Of a stretch of 62,508 nt of DNA, positions 9,935 to 21,864 are shown in pieces. Origin of the DNA: Candidatus Eiseniibacteriota bacterium (GTDB lineage Bacteria > Eisenbacteria > RBG-16-71-46 > CAZEPH01); contig JBGATO010000018.1 of the NCBI GenBank assembly GCA_044229145.1, positions 1-62,508 on the forward strand, read 5' to 3'. Position numbers and translations under genes: made by a program. Numbering within the stretch: position 1 is the first letter of the stretch; each line of letters starts with the position of its first letter. The notes below the pieces were generated by a model, which saw only the letters and a list, made by a program, of their open reading frames with translations, had not been told where the DNA came from and ran no database searches.

Positions 9935-11496
9935 CCGGCACGTCGATCGTTGCCGGCGCGTGCGCCGCGCCGCACGGCGCGCCGTACCACGCGTGGGATC
10001 CCGCAGCCAACGCCGCGTTGCCGGACCCGTTCTTCACCGCGACGCTCGACGATCTCGACGCCGCCGCAGCCGCCGCACGCGACGCGTTCACCTCGTACGC
10101 GCGCACCGACGGCGCCACGCGCGCCGCGCTCCTGCGCGCCATCGCCGCACACCTCGAGGCGCGACGCGACGCGCTCGTGCAGCGCGCGATGCACGAGACC
10201 GCATTGCCCCGCGCGCGGCTCCACAGCGAACTCGGCCGCACCACCGGTCAGCTCGACCTGTTCGCCGCGCTCGTCGAGTCCGACCAGTGGACCGATCCGC
10301 GCATCGACCGCGGTGATCCTGTGCGCGCGCCGCTGCCGAAACCGGACGTGCGGTCGATGCTGCGGCCACTCGGCGTCGTCGCGGTGTTCGGCGCCAGCAA
10401 CTTCCCGTTCGCCTTCTCGGTGCCGGGCGGGGATACGGCATCGGCACTCGCGGCCGGATGCCCGGTGATCGCCAAGGCGCATCCCGCGCATCCCGGCGTT
10501 TCGGAACTCGCCGGCGAGGCGATTCGTGACGCGGTGGCAGCGTGCGGCCTGCCCGCCGGCGTGTTCGCCCTCCTCCACGACGCCGGTCACGCCATCGGCG
10601 CCGCGCTCGTGCAACACGAGGCGATCGCCGCGGTCGCTTTCACGGGCTCACTGCGCGGCGGGCGCGCGCTGATGGATCTCGCGGCGGCGCGGCGCGCACC
10701 GATCCCGGTGTTCGCCGAGATGGGCAGCGTGAATCCGGTCTTCGTGACGCCGGCCGCGGCACGCGAGCGCGGCGAGGCGCTGGCGCAGGGGCTCGCGGGA
10801 TCGGTGACGCTGGGTGCCGGTCAGTTCTGTACGAATCCCGGCATCGTCGTGGTGACGCGCGAGTCGGCGGCGTTCGTGGATGCGCTGGAGGCGGCGCTGT
10901 CGGGTGCGCCCGAGGCGGCGATGCTGACGCCGGGCATCGCGGCGGCGTATGCCGACGGTGTGCGACACCACGCGACCCTCACGGGCGCGCCGCCGCCCGG
11001 AGCCGCCGCCGCCTGTCACGCGCGGCCGGCCATGTTCCGCGTCGATGCCTCGCACTTCCTCGCCACACCCGCACTGCGCGAGGAGGTTTTCGGCCCCACG
11101 ACGCTGATCGTCGTGTGCGACACCACGGCCGGAATGCGCGATGTCGCGCGCGCGTTCGACGGACAACTCACGGCGACCATCCATGCGAGCGCCGAGGACG
11201 ACATCGCGGACCTCGCGCTGCTCCTCGAAGCGCGCGCCGGCCGTGTCGTCTTCAACGGATTCCCGACCGGCGTCGAGGTGTGTCATGCGATGGTGCACGG
11301 CGGCCCGTATCCCGCCACCAGCGACGCACGCGCGACCAGCGTCGGCAGCCGCGCCCTCACACGTTTCGCGCGCGCCATCGCCTGGCAGGACGCACCCGAC
11401 GCGCTCCTCCCACCTGCGCTCCGCGACGCCAACCCGCTCGGCCTCGCGCGACTGGTCGACGGCTTCGTCACCCGCGACGCCGTGACCCGCCGCTAG
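9931..11496 (+). CDS. alpha-ketoglutaric semialdehyde dehydrogenase (NADP+ aldehyde dehydrogenase)
   Basis: FGASNFPFAFS, FTGS, EMGSVNP, GQFCTNPG, EEVFGP, HGGPYPATSD. Confidence 0.9.
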   Translation: MTGTSIVAGACAAPHGAPYHAWDPAANAALPDPFFTATLDDLDAAAAAARDAFTSYARTDGATRAALLRAIAAHLEARRDALVQRAMHETALPRARLHSELGRTTGQLDLFAALVESDQWTDPRIDRGDPVRAPLPKPDVRSMLRPLGVVAVFGASNFPFAFSVPGGDTASALAAGCPVIAKAHPAHPGVSELAGEAIRDAVAACGLPAGVFALLHDAGHAIGAALVQHEAIAAVAFTGSLRGGRALMDLAAARRAPIPVFAEMGSVNPVFVTPAAARERGEALAQGLAGSVTLGAGQFCTNPGIVVVTRESAAFVDALEAALSGAPEAAMLTPGIAAAYADGVRHHATLTGAPPPGAAAACHARPAMFRVDASHFLATPALREEVFGPTTLIVVCDTTAGMRDVARAFDGQLTATIHASAEDDIADLALLLEARAGRVVFNGFPTGVEVCHAMVHGGPYPATSDARATSVGSRALTRFARAIAWQDAPDALLPPALRDANPLGLARLVDGFVTRDAVTRR

Positions 11497-11541
11497 AAAA
11501 CGCGACGCCCCGGAACGCGCGGGGCGTTCCGGGGCGTCGCG
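11497..11541 (-). terminator. intrinsic terminator between convergent genes
   Basis: Perfect 18-bp stem (11501-11518 with 11524-11541), 5-nt loop, followed by T4 on the minus strand. Confidence 0.75.
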
Positions 11542-11554
11542 ACGCGCAGCAGCG

Positions 11555-12805
11555 TTAGTGCCCTTCGACCCAGTGCAGCAGCGTGAGACCCGATCCGGCC
11601 GTGCCACCGCCACCGGTGCCGTTGATCACCGAACCGCCCGCGATGTCGATCACCACCGGCGAACCGCCCATCGTCGACGTGCCGCCGATCAGTAGCGCGC
11701 CGTTGACCACGCTGCCACCGCCGATCGTCGTCGCACGGCTCGGTGCCAGCACGATGCCATTGAAGATCGAGGACGTCTGAATCGACAGGTTGCCGCCGCC
11801 GGTCACGTTCCACAGGATTTGCGATGGCGTGATACCGCCGGTCAGCACGATCTTCGATCCGCCGCTCGCGCCGCCCTGCAACGAGAACAGGCCGGAGCAA
11901 TTGACCACCCACGTCGAGTTCGACGGTGAGTTGAACGTGATCGTCTTATTGCCGTTCAAGTCGAGCGAGGTGAGGTTGACGACGTTTTGCCCCGCAACTC
12001 CGGTGAATGTCTTGTTGCCGTTGATCGTCTTGGTGTTGTTGGTGGCGGCCAGCGCGGCGTAGTAGGCCGATGCGGAGACGGCGTCGTTCGCGGCCTGCGT
12101 GAGCGCGGCGTCGGTGGTCGTGTTCTGCACCACGCTGGCGATCGTGCTCGTGCCACCGGTGGTCACGCTGTAGGTGGTCGACACGTAGGCGTTGGCGTCG
12201 ATGTGCGACGTGCCGCTCAGCGACAGGTTGCCGTTGAGCACGCCGACGCTGCCTACCGAACCCGACACCGAACTGCCTCCGGACATCGTGACATCCGCAT
12301 TGCCCACCGCGAGCAAGCCGTAGATCGACGGCGATGCGCCCCCGAGGTTGAAGTAGGGCGACGTGCCTGCCGACACACCCACCAGCATGTCGAGCGACCG
12401 CGATGCGGTGCCCCCGGGGCTCGACGCGGTGCCGGTGGCGACGACGTGATACGGCGTCACCCCGGAGGCCAGGCCGCTCACCGTGGTGTCGCGCACCAGC
12501 CACGAGTAACTGCCGCCGTTCAGCGTGTCCGAAAACGTGCGGTGTGCCGTCACCCAGCTGGCGTCGTTGTACGCTTCAGCCGAGAGCTTCTGGAAGCCGG
12601 CCTCGGCGAGCCAGAAGGCGCGCTGGGTGTCGAGCCGCTGCTGCGCGTTGCGGCTCTCGTACGACCCGGCCGACATGATGCTGGCGCCGATCGCCAGCGC
12701 GATGACGCTGAACGCCAGCACCGTCATCAGGGTCGCGCCCCGCCGTTCGGCGCCGGGCGCGACGCGCAGGGCGCGACGCAGCCACCGCAATCCATCGAAC
12801 TTCAT
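11555..12805 (-). CDS. PilX-like prepilin with C-terminal ice-binding-like beta-solenoid, paralogue 1
   Basis: RRG|ATLMT plus hydrophobic helix, QRAFWLAEAG; C-terminal IVLTGGITPSQILWNV..FNGIVLAP; ends HWVEGH. Confidence 0.75.
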   Translation of the reverse strand: MKFDGLRWLRRALRVAPGAERRGATLMTVLAFSVIALAIGASIMSAGSYESRNAQQRLDTQRAFWLAEAGFQKLSAEAYNDASWVTAHRTFSDTLNGGSYSWLVRDTTVSGLASGVTPYHVVATGTASSPGGTASRSLDMLVGVSAGTSPYFNLGGASPSIYGLLAVGNADVTMSGGSSVSGSVGSVGVLNGNLSLSGTSHIDANAYVSTTYSVTTGGTSTIASVVQNTTTDAALTQAANDAVSASAYYAALAATNNTKTINGNKTFTGVAGQNVVNLTSLDLNGNKTITFNSPSNSTWVVNCSGLFSLQGGASGGSKIVLTGGITPSQILWNVTGGGNLSIQTSSIFNGIVLAPSRATTIGGGSVVNGALLIGGTSTMGGSPVVIDIAGGSVINGTGGGGTAGSGLTLLHWVEGH

Positions 12806-12918
12806 GTGTGATCGTCTCCCGTTCGGGCCCGGAGCGCGTGGACTCCGAAGGGAATGATCGGCAGGCGACGCCCCAGGCGTAACCATTCTGTATGGATCAG
12901 ACTCGACGTGCCCGCCGG

Positions 12919-14139
12919 TTAGTGACCCTCCGACCAGTGCGCGAGCACGATGCCGCCGGAGGCCGAACTGCCCCCGCCGACGCCGTTGATGACCGAGCTC
13001 CCGCCGATGTCCAACGTCTGCTGCGTTCCGCTCATGGTGTTGCCGCCGGCGAGCAGGGCGCCGTTGATGGTGCTGCTGCCGCCGATCGACGTCGTCCGAT
13101 AGGGCGCCAGCACGATGCCGTTGATGACCGACGACGAGTTGAGCGTGAAGTTGCCGGTGCCAGTGAGGTTGAACAGCACGTGCGACGGCTGAATGCCGCC
13201 GGTCAGCAGGATCTGCGAACTGCCCTTGAGCGAGAACACGCCGCTGTCGTTGATGATGAAGATCGCATCGGCCGGCGCGTTGATGGTGACCGTCTTGCTG
13301 CCGGTCACGTCGAACGACGTCAAGTTGACGACGTTGGTGCCGGAGGTGCCGGTGAGCGTCTTGTTGCCGGTGATCGTCTTCGTGGCGTTGGTCGCGGTCA
13401 TTGCGGCGTAGGCGGTAGACGCGGCGATGGCGTCGTTCGATGCTTGCGCGAGCTGCGCGTCGGTCGTCGCGTTCTGCACGACGCCGCCGACCGTGCTCGA
13501 CCCGGTCACGGATGCGCTATTTGCGGTGGAGACGAACGCGGTGCCCTGAATGCTCGATGATCCGACGAGCGAGAGTTCTCCCTCGAGTACGCCGATGTTC
13601 GACACCGTGCCCTGGATCGTGCTGGAGCCGCTCAAACTGACGTTGGTGTTCCCGATCGCCAGCATCGCATAGTTCGACGGCGAGGCGGTGCCGAGGTTGA
13701 GCGGAGAACCGCCGCTCGACTGCGTGATCAGGAGGTCGAGGGTGCGCGTCGAGGTCGCGTTGACGCCCGTGTAGGTGCCGGTCGCGATGACGTGGTACGC
13801 GGTGACGCCGGAGCCGAGGCCGCTCACCGTGGTGTCGCGCACCGTCCACGCGTAGTTGCCGCCGCTCAGCGTGTCGCTCAGCGTGCGGTGCGCGGTCAGG
13901 TAGCTGGCGCTCGCGTAGGTTTCCGCGGCCAGACGCTGATACCCCGCCTCGGCGAGCCAGAACGCCCGCTGCGAGTTCTCCCGCTGTTGCGCATTGCGGC
14001 CTTCACCCGCGCCGGCTGCCAAGAGAGTGCCGCCGATCGACAGCGTCACCACCGCAAAGGCGAGAACGGTGAGGAGTGTGCCGCCACGGCGATTGCAGCG
14101 CAGCGCGCGCTGCAGCCGGCGAGAGGGGGTCGTGTGCAT
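12919..14139 (-). CDS. PilX-like prepilin with C-terminal ice-binding-like beta-solenoid, paralogue 2
   Basis: RRG|GTLLT, QRAFWLAEAG, ILLTGGIQPSHVLFNL..INGIVLAP; ends HWSEGH. Confidence 0.75.
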   Translation of the reverse strand: MHTTPSRRLQRALRCNRRGGTLLTVLAFAVVTLSIGGTLLAAGAGEGRNAQQRENSQRAFWLAEAGYQRLAAETYASASYLTAHRTLSDTLSGGNYAWTVRDTTVSGLGSGVTAYHVIATGTYTGVNATSTRTLDLLITQSSGGSPLNLGTASPSNYAMLAIGNTNVSLSGSSTIQGTVSNIGVLEGELSLVGSSSIQGTAFVSTANSASVTGSSTVGGVVQNATTDAQLAQASNDAIAASTAYAAMTATNATKTITGNKTLTGTSGTNVVNLTSFDVTGSKTVTINAPADAIFIINDSGVFSLKGSSQILLTGGIQPSHVLFNLTGTGNFTLNSSSVINGIVLAPYRTTSIGGSSTINGALLAGGNTMSGTQQTLDIGGSSVINGVGGGSSASGGIVLAHWSEGH

Positions 14140-14313
14140 GGAGGGCGTCTCCGAGACTGGCGTCCTGTCGCCCCGCGCTCTGCGGGACTCAGGTCGATTG
14201 TCTCGGATCGGGCGGCGCCTCCGGCGCCTGGCCGCCTCGTATTTACACGGGTTGCGCGAATTCCCCCAATTGCACCCTCGTCGACACGATGGGCCTCAAG
14301 TCGCGGCCCCGGC

Positions 14314-15549
14314 CTATCCGCCGCTCTCCGCCCAGTGGACGCGTGAGAGCGACGGCGAGCTGGTGCTGCCGGACGAGCTTGGCGCGCCGCAGCCCGTGAT
14401 CGACGTGCTGCCCTTGAGCTCGAGCGTGCTGCCGCCGCAGATCACCGCGCCGGTGAACGCGCTGCTCCCGTTCAAGGTCACACTGCGGTCCGGCACCAGC
14501 AGGATGCCGTTGAACTCGGACGAACCATTGAGGCGCATCGTTCCGGTGCCGGTGATGTTCCACAACACGTCGGCCGCCTTGACGCCGCCCGAGAGTTTGA
14601 TCGACGAACTCCCGTTGATGTCGAAGGTGCCGCTGACGTTGATGATGAAGGTCGCGCCGGCTGGAGCGCTCAGCGTGACGATCTTGCTGCCGCTCACGTT
14701 CAGGCTGGTGAGATTCATGACGTTGCGGCCGCTGGTGCCGGTGATCGTCGTGCTGCCGCTGATCGATGTCGTGCCGAGCGTCGCCGGGAGCGCGGCGTAG
14801 GTCGTCGACGCATTGCGCGCGTCGGTCGACGCCTGCGTCAATTGCGCGTTGGTGGTGGAGTTCTGCACCACCGCGCCGACACTGCTGCTCCCCGTCACCG
14901 AGACCGGAATCGAGGTGTCCGCGAACACCGACCCCAGCACCGTCGACGACCCGGTGATCGAGATCGTGCCGCCGCTCGGCACGCCGATGCTCGGCGCGCT
15001 GCCCTTGATGATCGACGATCCGGTGATGGTAACCGCGGTGGGGCCGGCGACGAGGGTGCTGTAGTTCGCCGGCGATGCAGTGCCGAGGTTGATCCCAGTC
15101 GACGTGCCGGGCGTCACCGTCACCAACATGTCGAGCGTGCGCGACGACGTCGAATTGTATCCCGCGACGGCGCCGGTCGAGATCACGTGATACGCCGTCG
15201 TGCCGCTGGCCAGCCCGGACACCGTGGTGTCGCGGATCGTCAATGCGTAGCTGCCGGCCGAGAGCGTGTCGCTGAAGGACCGGTGCGACGACACCCATGT
15301 CGTGCTGCTGTACTCCTCGGCGAGGAAGCGCTCCACGCCGGCTTCCGCGAGCCAGAACGCTTGAGAGGAGTTCAGCCGCTGGTCTGCATTCCGGCTCTCG
15401 GAGGAACCCGCCGAGAGGATCGCGCTGCCCACGCTCAGCGTGACGACCGCGAAAGCGAGCACCGTCAGAAGTGTGGCGCCACGACGCCGCGCGGCCGGCG
15501 TGGAAACGCGCAGGCCGCGCCGTAGGCGTGTCATCCAGTTGGGTCGCAC
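14314..15549 (-). CDS. PilX-like prepilin with C-terminal ice-binding-like beta-solenoid, paralogue 3
   Basis: GGAGG then GTG at 15549; RRG|ATLLT, QAFWLAEAG, IKLSGGVKAADVLWNI..FNGILLVP; ends HWAESGG. Confidence 0.75.
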   Translation of the reverse strand: MRPNWMTRLRRGLRVSTPAARRRGATLLTVLAFAVVTLSVGSAILSAGSSESRNADQRLNSSQAFWLAEAGVERFLAEEYSSTTWVSSHRSFSDTLSAGSYALTIRDTTVSGLASGTTAYHVISTGAVAGYNSTSSRTLDMLVTVTPGTSTGINLGTASPANYSTLVAGPTAVTITGSSIIKGSAPSIGVPSGGTISITGSSTVLGSVFADTSIPVSVTGSSSVGAVVQNSTTNAQLTQASTDARNASTTYAALPATLGTTSISGSTTITGTSGRNVMNLTSLNVSGSKIVTLSAPAGATFIINVSGTFDINGSSSIKLSGGVKAADVLWNITGTGTMRLNGSSEFNGILLVPDRSVTLNGSSAFTGAVICGGSTLELKGSTSITGCGAPSSSGSTSSPSLSRVHWAESGG

Positions 15550-15888
15550 GAGTGGACCTCCGGTTGGACGGACGAGTCGATACGTACGTGGACTTAGGTA
15601 CATGTCGACCAGTGACGCCCCGTAGGTGCGGCAAACTCCCGTTTGCCTCGGACAATTTACGTGGCTGGGCGCGAGGGCCCACGTCACGAGTTCGCGCCGC
15701 GCGGTGCCGCCGGCAACGCGGAGAGCACGGCGGGTGCGAGCGGGGACGTGGTGCAGCATGCGCGTCAGTCTCCGCGTTGGCCGGGTGCCGTTCACAGCGG
15801 CGATGCTCTGCCAGTCCCCTTGTCGGCGCGAGGCGGGTTCCACCACACGACATCGCCTGCGCGCAGTGTCAGGCCGGGAGAAATTGCG

Positions 15889-18579
<2,691 letters not shown>

Positions 18580-18594
18580 GGCCGCCCGTCGCCG

Positions 18595-19170
18595 CTAGAC
18601 CGACACATCGCCACGCAGGTCGCTGAACAGGAACGCGCGCGCCACCCGCCAATCGCGCTTCACGGTGGCGGTGCCGACGCCAAGCGCTGCTGCGGTTTCC
18701 TCCACGCTGAGACCGGCGAAGAAGCGCAGGTCGACGACCCGAGCCAGGCGCGCATCCTCCGCCGCCAGCCGCGTCAGCGCGCCGTCCAGTTCGACGAGTT
18801 CCTCGACATCGCATTCACCCGGAACATCGGCGTCGTCGAGCGACAGCACGTGCGCGCCGGCGCCGCGCTTCTGCGCCTGATGCTGCCGCGCGTAGTTGAT
18901 CAGGATGTGGCGCATCGCGGTGGCGGCGACGGCGTAGAAATGGCCGCGGTCATTCCAGTCCATCTCGGCGCCGCGCACCAACTTTAGATAGGCCTCGTGC
19001 ACGACGACGGTGGTGCTCAACGTCGGACTGCCGCCGGTGCGGCGAATCTGCCGTTCGGCGATGCCGCGCAACTCGTCGTAGACCAGCGCGAAGACGCGGT
19101 CCACGGCGTCTTTCTCGCCGCGGCGCGCGTGGCCCAAGTAGAGGGTGATGTCGGGTACGGGGGCAGACAT
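18595..19170 (-). CDS. ECF sigma factor, TIGR02999/ECF43-like
   Basis: LVYDELRGIA, TLSTTVVVHEAYLKL, HFYAVAATAMRHILI, LRFFAGLS, TVKRDW. Confidence 0.92.
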   Translation of the reverse strand: MSAPVPDITLYLGHARRGEKDAVDRVFALVYDELRGIAERQIRRTGGSPTLSTTVVVHEAYLKLVRGAEMDWNDRGHFYAVAATAMRHILINYARQHQAQKRGAGAHVLSLDDADVPGECDVEELVELDGALTRLAAEDARLARVVDLRFFAGLSVEETAAALGVGTATVKRDWRVARAFLFSDLRGDVSV

Positions 19171-19308
19171 GGAGGTGAAAGTATATCACGCAGGGCGGGT
19201 CACAGGCCGCACCCCCACGCGTCCCGCATTGCGTTGCGTTCCGCGAGATGTGTAAGCTTGGAGGACGCAGTTCCCGCCGTGTCACCCGACCCGTGACGGA
19301 GTCTCCTC

Positions 19309-21513
19309 GTGCACCCGCGCCTAGTGATCACCTGTGCCTTCCTGAGCCTCCTGCCGTGGACGTCCGCGCGCGCGCAATCGTCCGTCCGCGCTCGCTACGC
19401 CACTGGCCAGGTTTGGGTGAGCTGGATGGCTGATCCCGCGCCACCGCAGACGTATGCGATCTATCGGGGTGCGTCCGCGTTCACTAACGTTCACGACGCG
19501 ACACTCATCGGCCGCCTGTTTCGCGACGAGTGGCTGCCCGTACCCGAGTCCACACAGACGTCGCCGCCGGTGACACGCTGGCGGGTGCCCGCGGGAGCCG
19601 GCGCCTACGATACGCTCGCCACGAACGAAGGCCTATTCGTCGACACCGTCGTCGATACGCTTCCGCGCTACTACGCGGTCGTGCGCTGGGGCGACTCCCT
19701 CGTGACCGCTGCCAATCGCACCGGCAAGATCCACGTGTCCTACTCGCTTGCTGATCCGCCGCAGTGCCACCTGCAGGCCGAATACGTCCAAGACGGCGCG
19801 TGGACCGTGTCGCTCTATACGATGTGGGCCGATGGACGTGACGTCGAAACCGCCGCGCGTCCAGACTTTCCCGTGTGCGCGAACCGACACAAGAACGGCA
19901 TGCCGAGCTTGTTCATCCTGAGCCGCCCGCTGTCGTTGCCCGCCGGTCCGCGCCCGCTCGTGCACTGGCTGCACGGCGGCGAAGGGCAAGCCAGCCAGTC
20001 GCTCCCCGGCGACCGGCCGTCGATCGACATCGATCCGGAGGATGGGTTTCTCTGCGCCCACAACGACGATTTCGATCGCTACCTTCCCGGCATCGGCGTG
20101 TTCACCAAGGAGACGAATTCGTGGTGGTTCGGGTGGGCACGTTCGCACGATCCGTTCGATTCAACCTTCGTGTCGCCGGCGGCAGGGGACACCATCGTCA
20201 ACTACACGCAGCGGCGGATCCTGTGGATCGATAGCTGGCTGCGTGCGCACTTTCCGATCGATTCGACGCGGGTGGCCTTGCAGGGGCATAGTGTTGGCTC
20301 TGCCGGTGTCACGGCGCTCGGCAAGGCCTATCCCGAGCGGTGGTCCTCGGTGAGCGTGTTCAACAATGGACTGGTGGGGCCAACGCCGGAAAGCGACGGG
20401 CCTCCCGGCCAGCTCGTTCCGTCGGGTATCAATCTCTTCGGCTATCCATCGGACAACCTGCCCACCGTCCTGCGCGGACAGGGCGGGGCGATCGTGCACG
20501 CGTACCAACTCTTCGACATCGTCACGCCGATTTCGCCGGTGCGCGATCTTCCCGTGTGGCGCGTCCTCGACGGCAAGCACGACGCCAACTCGGTCATGGG
20601 ATGGACGCCCGCTGTCGTCGCTCAGTATCGCACCGCGGACTCCCTTGGGCTCGGCATGCACTTGTACTGGGACGAACGCGAGCACGGTCTCGGCACGCGG
20701 TGGGCGTATTTCTCACATGCGAACATCCCGTCGGGGCAAACACAGCGCGACGATGCCGTCTATCAAGGGCAGTTCCGCGCGAATCAATCGTTTCCGGGAT
20801 TCTTCAATCATCGTCTCTACGCGAACGCGCACGATCCCGGCGACGGGACGCGAGGCACTTCGGGCGATTCGCTGTACTCCGGCGACGATTGGGGCACCTG
20901 GGGCGGATTCCACAGCTGGCTGCCCGATTCGATCACGGACACGCCCTCCGAATGGACATGCCCGTACTGGCTGATCAACGGCTCCGCGTGGCTCCCTGAC
21001 AACTGCCCCGACGAATCGCTGCAGTGCGACGTCGCGATCCGCCGCCCGCAGCATTTCGTGCCGGTCGCGGGGACGCCGATTTCGTGGTGGATCACCAGCG
21101 GTGTGTCCCGCGCGGGCCCGACCGTCGCGAGCGGTACGACGACCGCGGGCAGCGACGGCGTCGTGCGCATCACCGGCATCTGGGCGCGCCGCAGTCCGGA
21201 CAATCGCTGGTTGCACGTGACGACGGGTGCGACAGCTATTGGCGCCCTCGTCGAGCCTGACGAAGTACTCCGCGTGACGCCCGCTGTGCTGCGCCGCGGT
21301 GAGACGACGGTGCGTTTCACGGTGCCGCACGCAGGCTCGGTGCGCGTCGAAGGATTCTCAGCCGATGGCCGGCGCGTGCTCGACATGACGCATCGCTGTC
21401 CACAGCACGGCGCGCAGACCGCACGCTGGCCGCGGACTCCCGCGGGCATCTACTGGCTGCGGGTGACGCAAGACGGACAGAGGGCGCTCGCACGCATCCT
21501 CGTGGTTCGCTGA
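19309..21513 (+). CDS. secreted alpha/beta hydrolase with C-terminal FlgD/T9SS-like domain
   Basis: Signal peptide; WLHGG oxyanion segment, GHSVGS nucleophile elbow; C-terminus PAGIYWLRV...ILVVR. Confidence 0.7.
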   Translation: MHPRLVITCAFLSLLPWTSARAQSSVRARYATGQVWVSWMADPAPPQTYAIYRGASAFTNVHDATLIGRLFRDEWLPVPESTQTSPPVTRWRVPAGAGAYDTLATNEGLFVDTVVDTLPRYYAVVRWGDSLVTAANRTGKIHVSYSLADPPQCHLQAEYVQDGAWTVSLYTMWADGRDVETAARPDFPVCANRHKNGMPSLFILSRPLSLPAGPRPLVHWLHGGEGQASQSLPGDRPSIDIDPEDGFLCAHNDDFDRYLPGIGVFTKETNSWWFGWARSHDPFDSTFVSPAAGDTIVNYTQRRILWIDSWLRAHFPIDSTRVALQGHSVGSAGVTALGKAYPERWSSVSVFNNGLVGPTPESDGPPGQLVPSGINLFGYPSDNLPTVLRGQGGAIVHAYQLFDIVTPISPVRDLPVWRVLDGKHDANSVMGWTPAVVAQYRTADSLGLGMHLYWDEREHGLGTRWAYFSHANIPSGQTQRDDAVYQGQFRANQSFPGFFNHRLYANAHDPGDGTRGTSGDSLYSGDDWGTWGGFHSWLPDSITDTPSEWTCPYWLINGSAWLPDNCPDESLQCDVAIRRPQHFVPVAGTPISWWITSGVSRAGPTVASGTTTAGSDGVVRITGIWARRSPDNRWLHVTTGATAIGALVEPDEVLRVTPAVLRRGETTVRFTVPHAGSVRVEGFSADGRRVLDMTHRCPQHGAQTARWPRTPAGIYWLRVTQDGQRALARILVVR

Positions 21514-21525
21514 TCGCGTGCGACC

Positions 21526-21861
21526 CTAGCGACCCGCCCGGCGCGCCGTGAGGATGGCGAACGCGCGGAAGTAACGCTCGGTGTTCGCTTCGGTAGATCC
21601 GTAGATGTTGTCGCCCGCGAGAAAGTCGACCAGCACCTCGCGAGCGCGACACACTTCACGCATGCGCGGCAACGGATGGCCTGCGTCCAAGGTCAGGTCG
21701 AACAACTCTAAGGCCCTCTCGAAGGCCCGCTGCGCGTAGGCCTCGTTGCCCTTCTTGCGCCACGCGAGACAGCGCCCAACCTCGCTGCCGATGTTCGCGA
21801 GCTGCTCCGCGATCGGCATCGCTGCCCACCGGCCGGCGGCAAGAGACTCGTGGACCGGCAT
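21526..21861 (-). CDS. conserved hypothetical all-helical protein (DUF5674 neighbour)
   Basis: EQLANIGSEVGR, FERALELFDLT, REVCRARE pattern; starts 3 nt after the DUF5674 stop. Confidence 0.75.
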   Translation of the reverse strand: MPVHESLAAGRWAAMPIAEQLANIGSEVGRCLAWRKKGNEAYAQRAFERALELFDLTLDAGHPLPRMREVCRAREVLVDFLAGDNIYGSTEANTERYFRAFAILTARRAGR

Positions 21862-21864
21862 AGG

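Noticed and set aside
15625..15660. GGCAAAC as the start of a c-di-GMP-I riboswitch
   Set aside because: The downstream GAAA tetraloop and GACGCAAAG elements are absent on both strands; it is simply a short hairpin.
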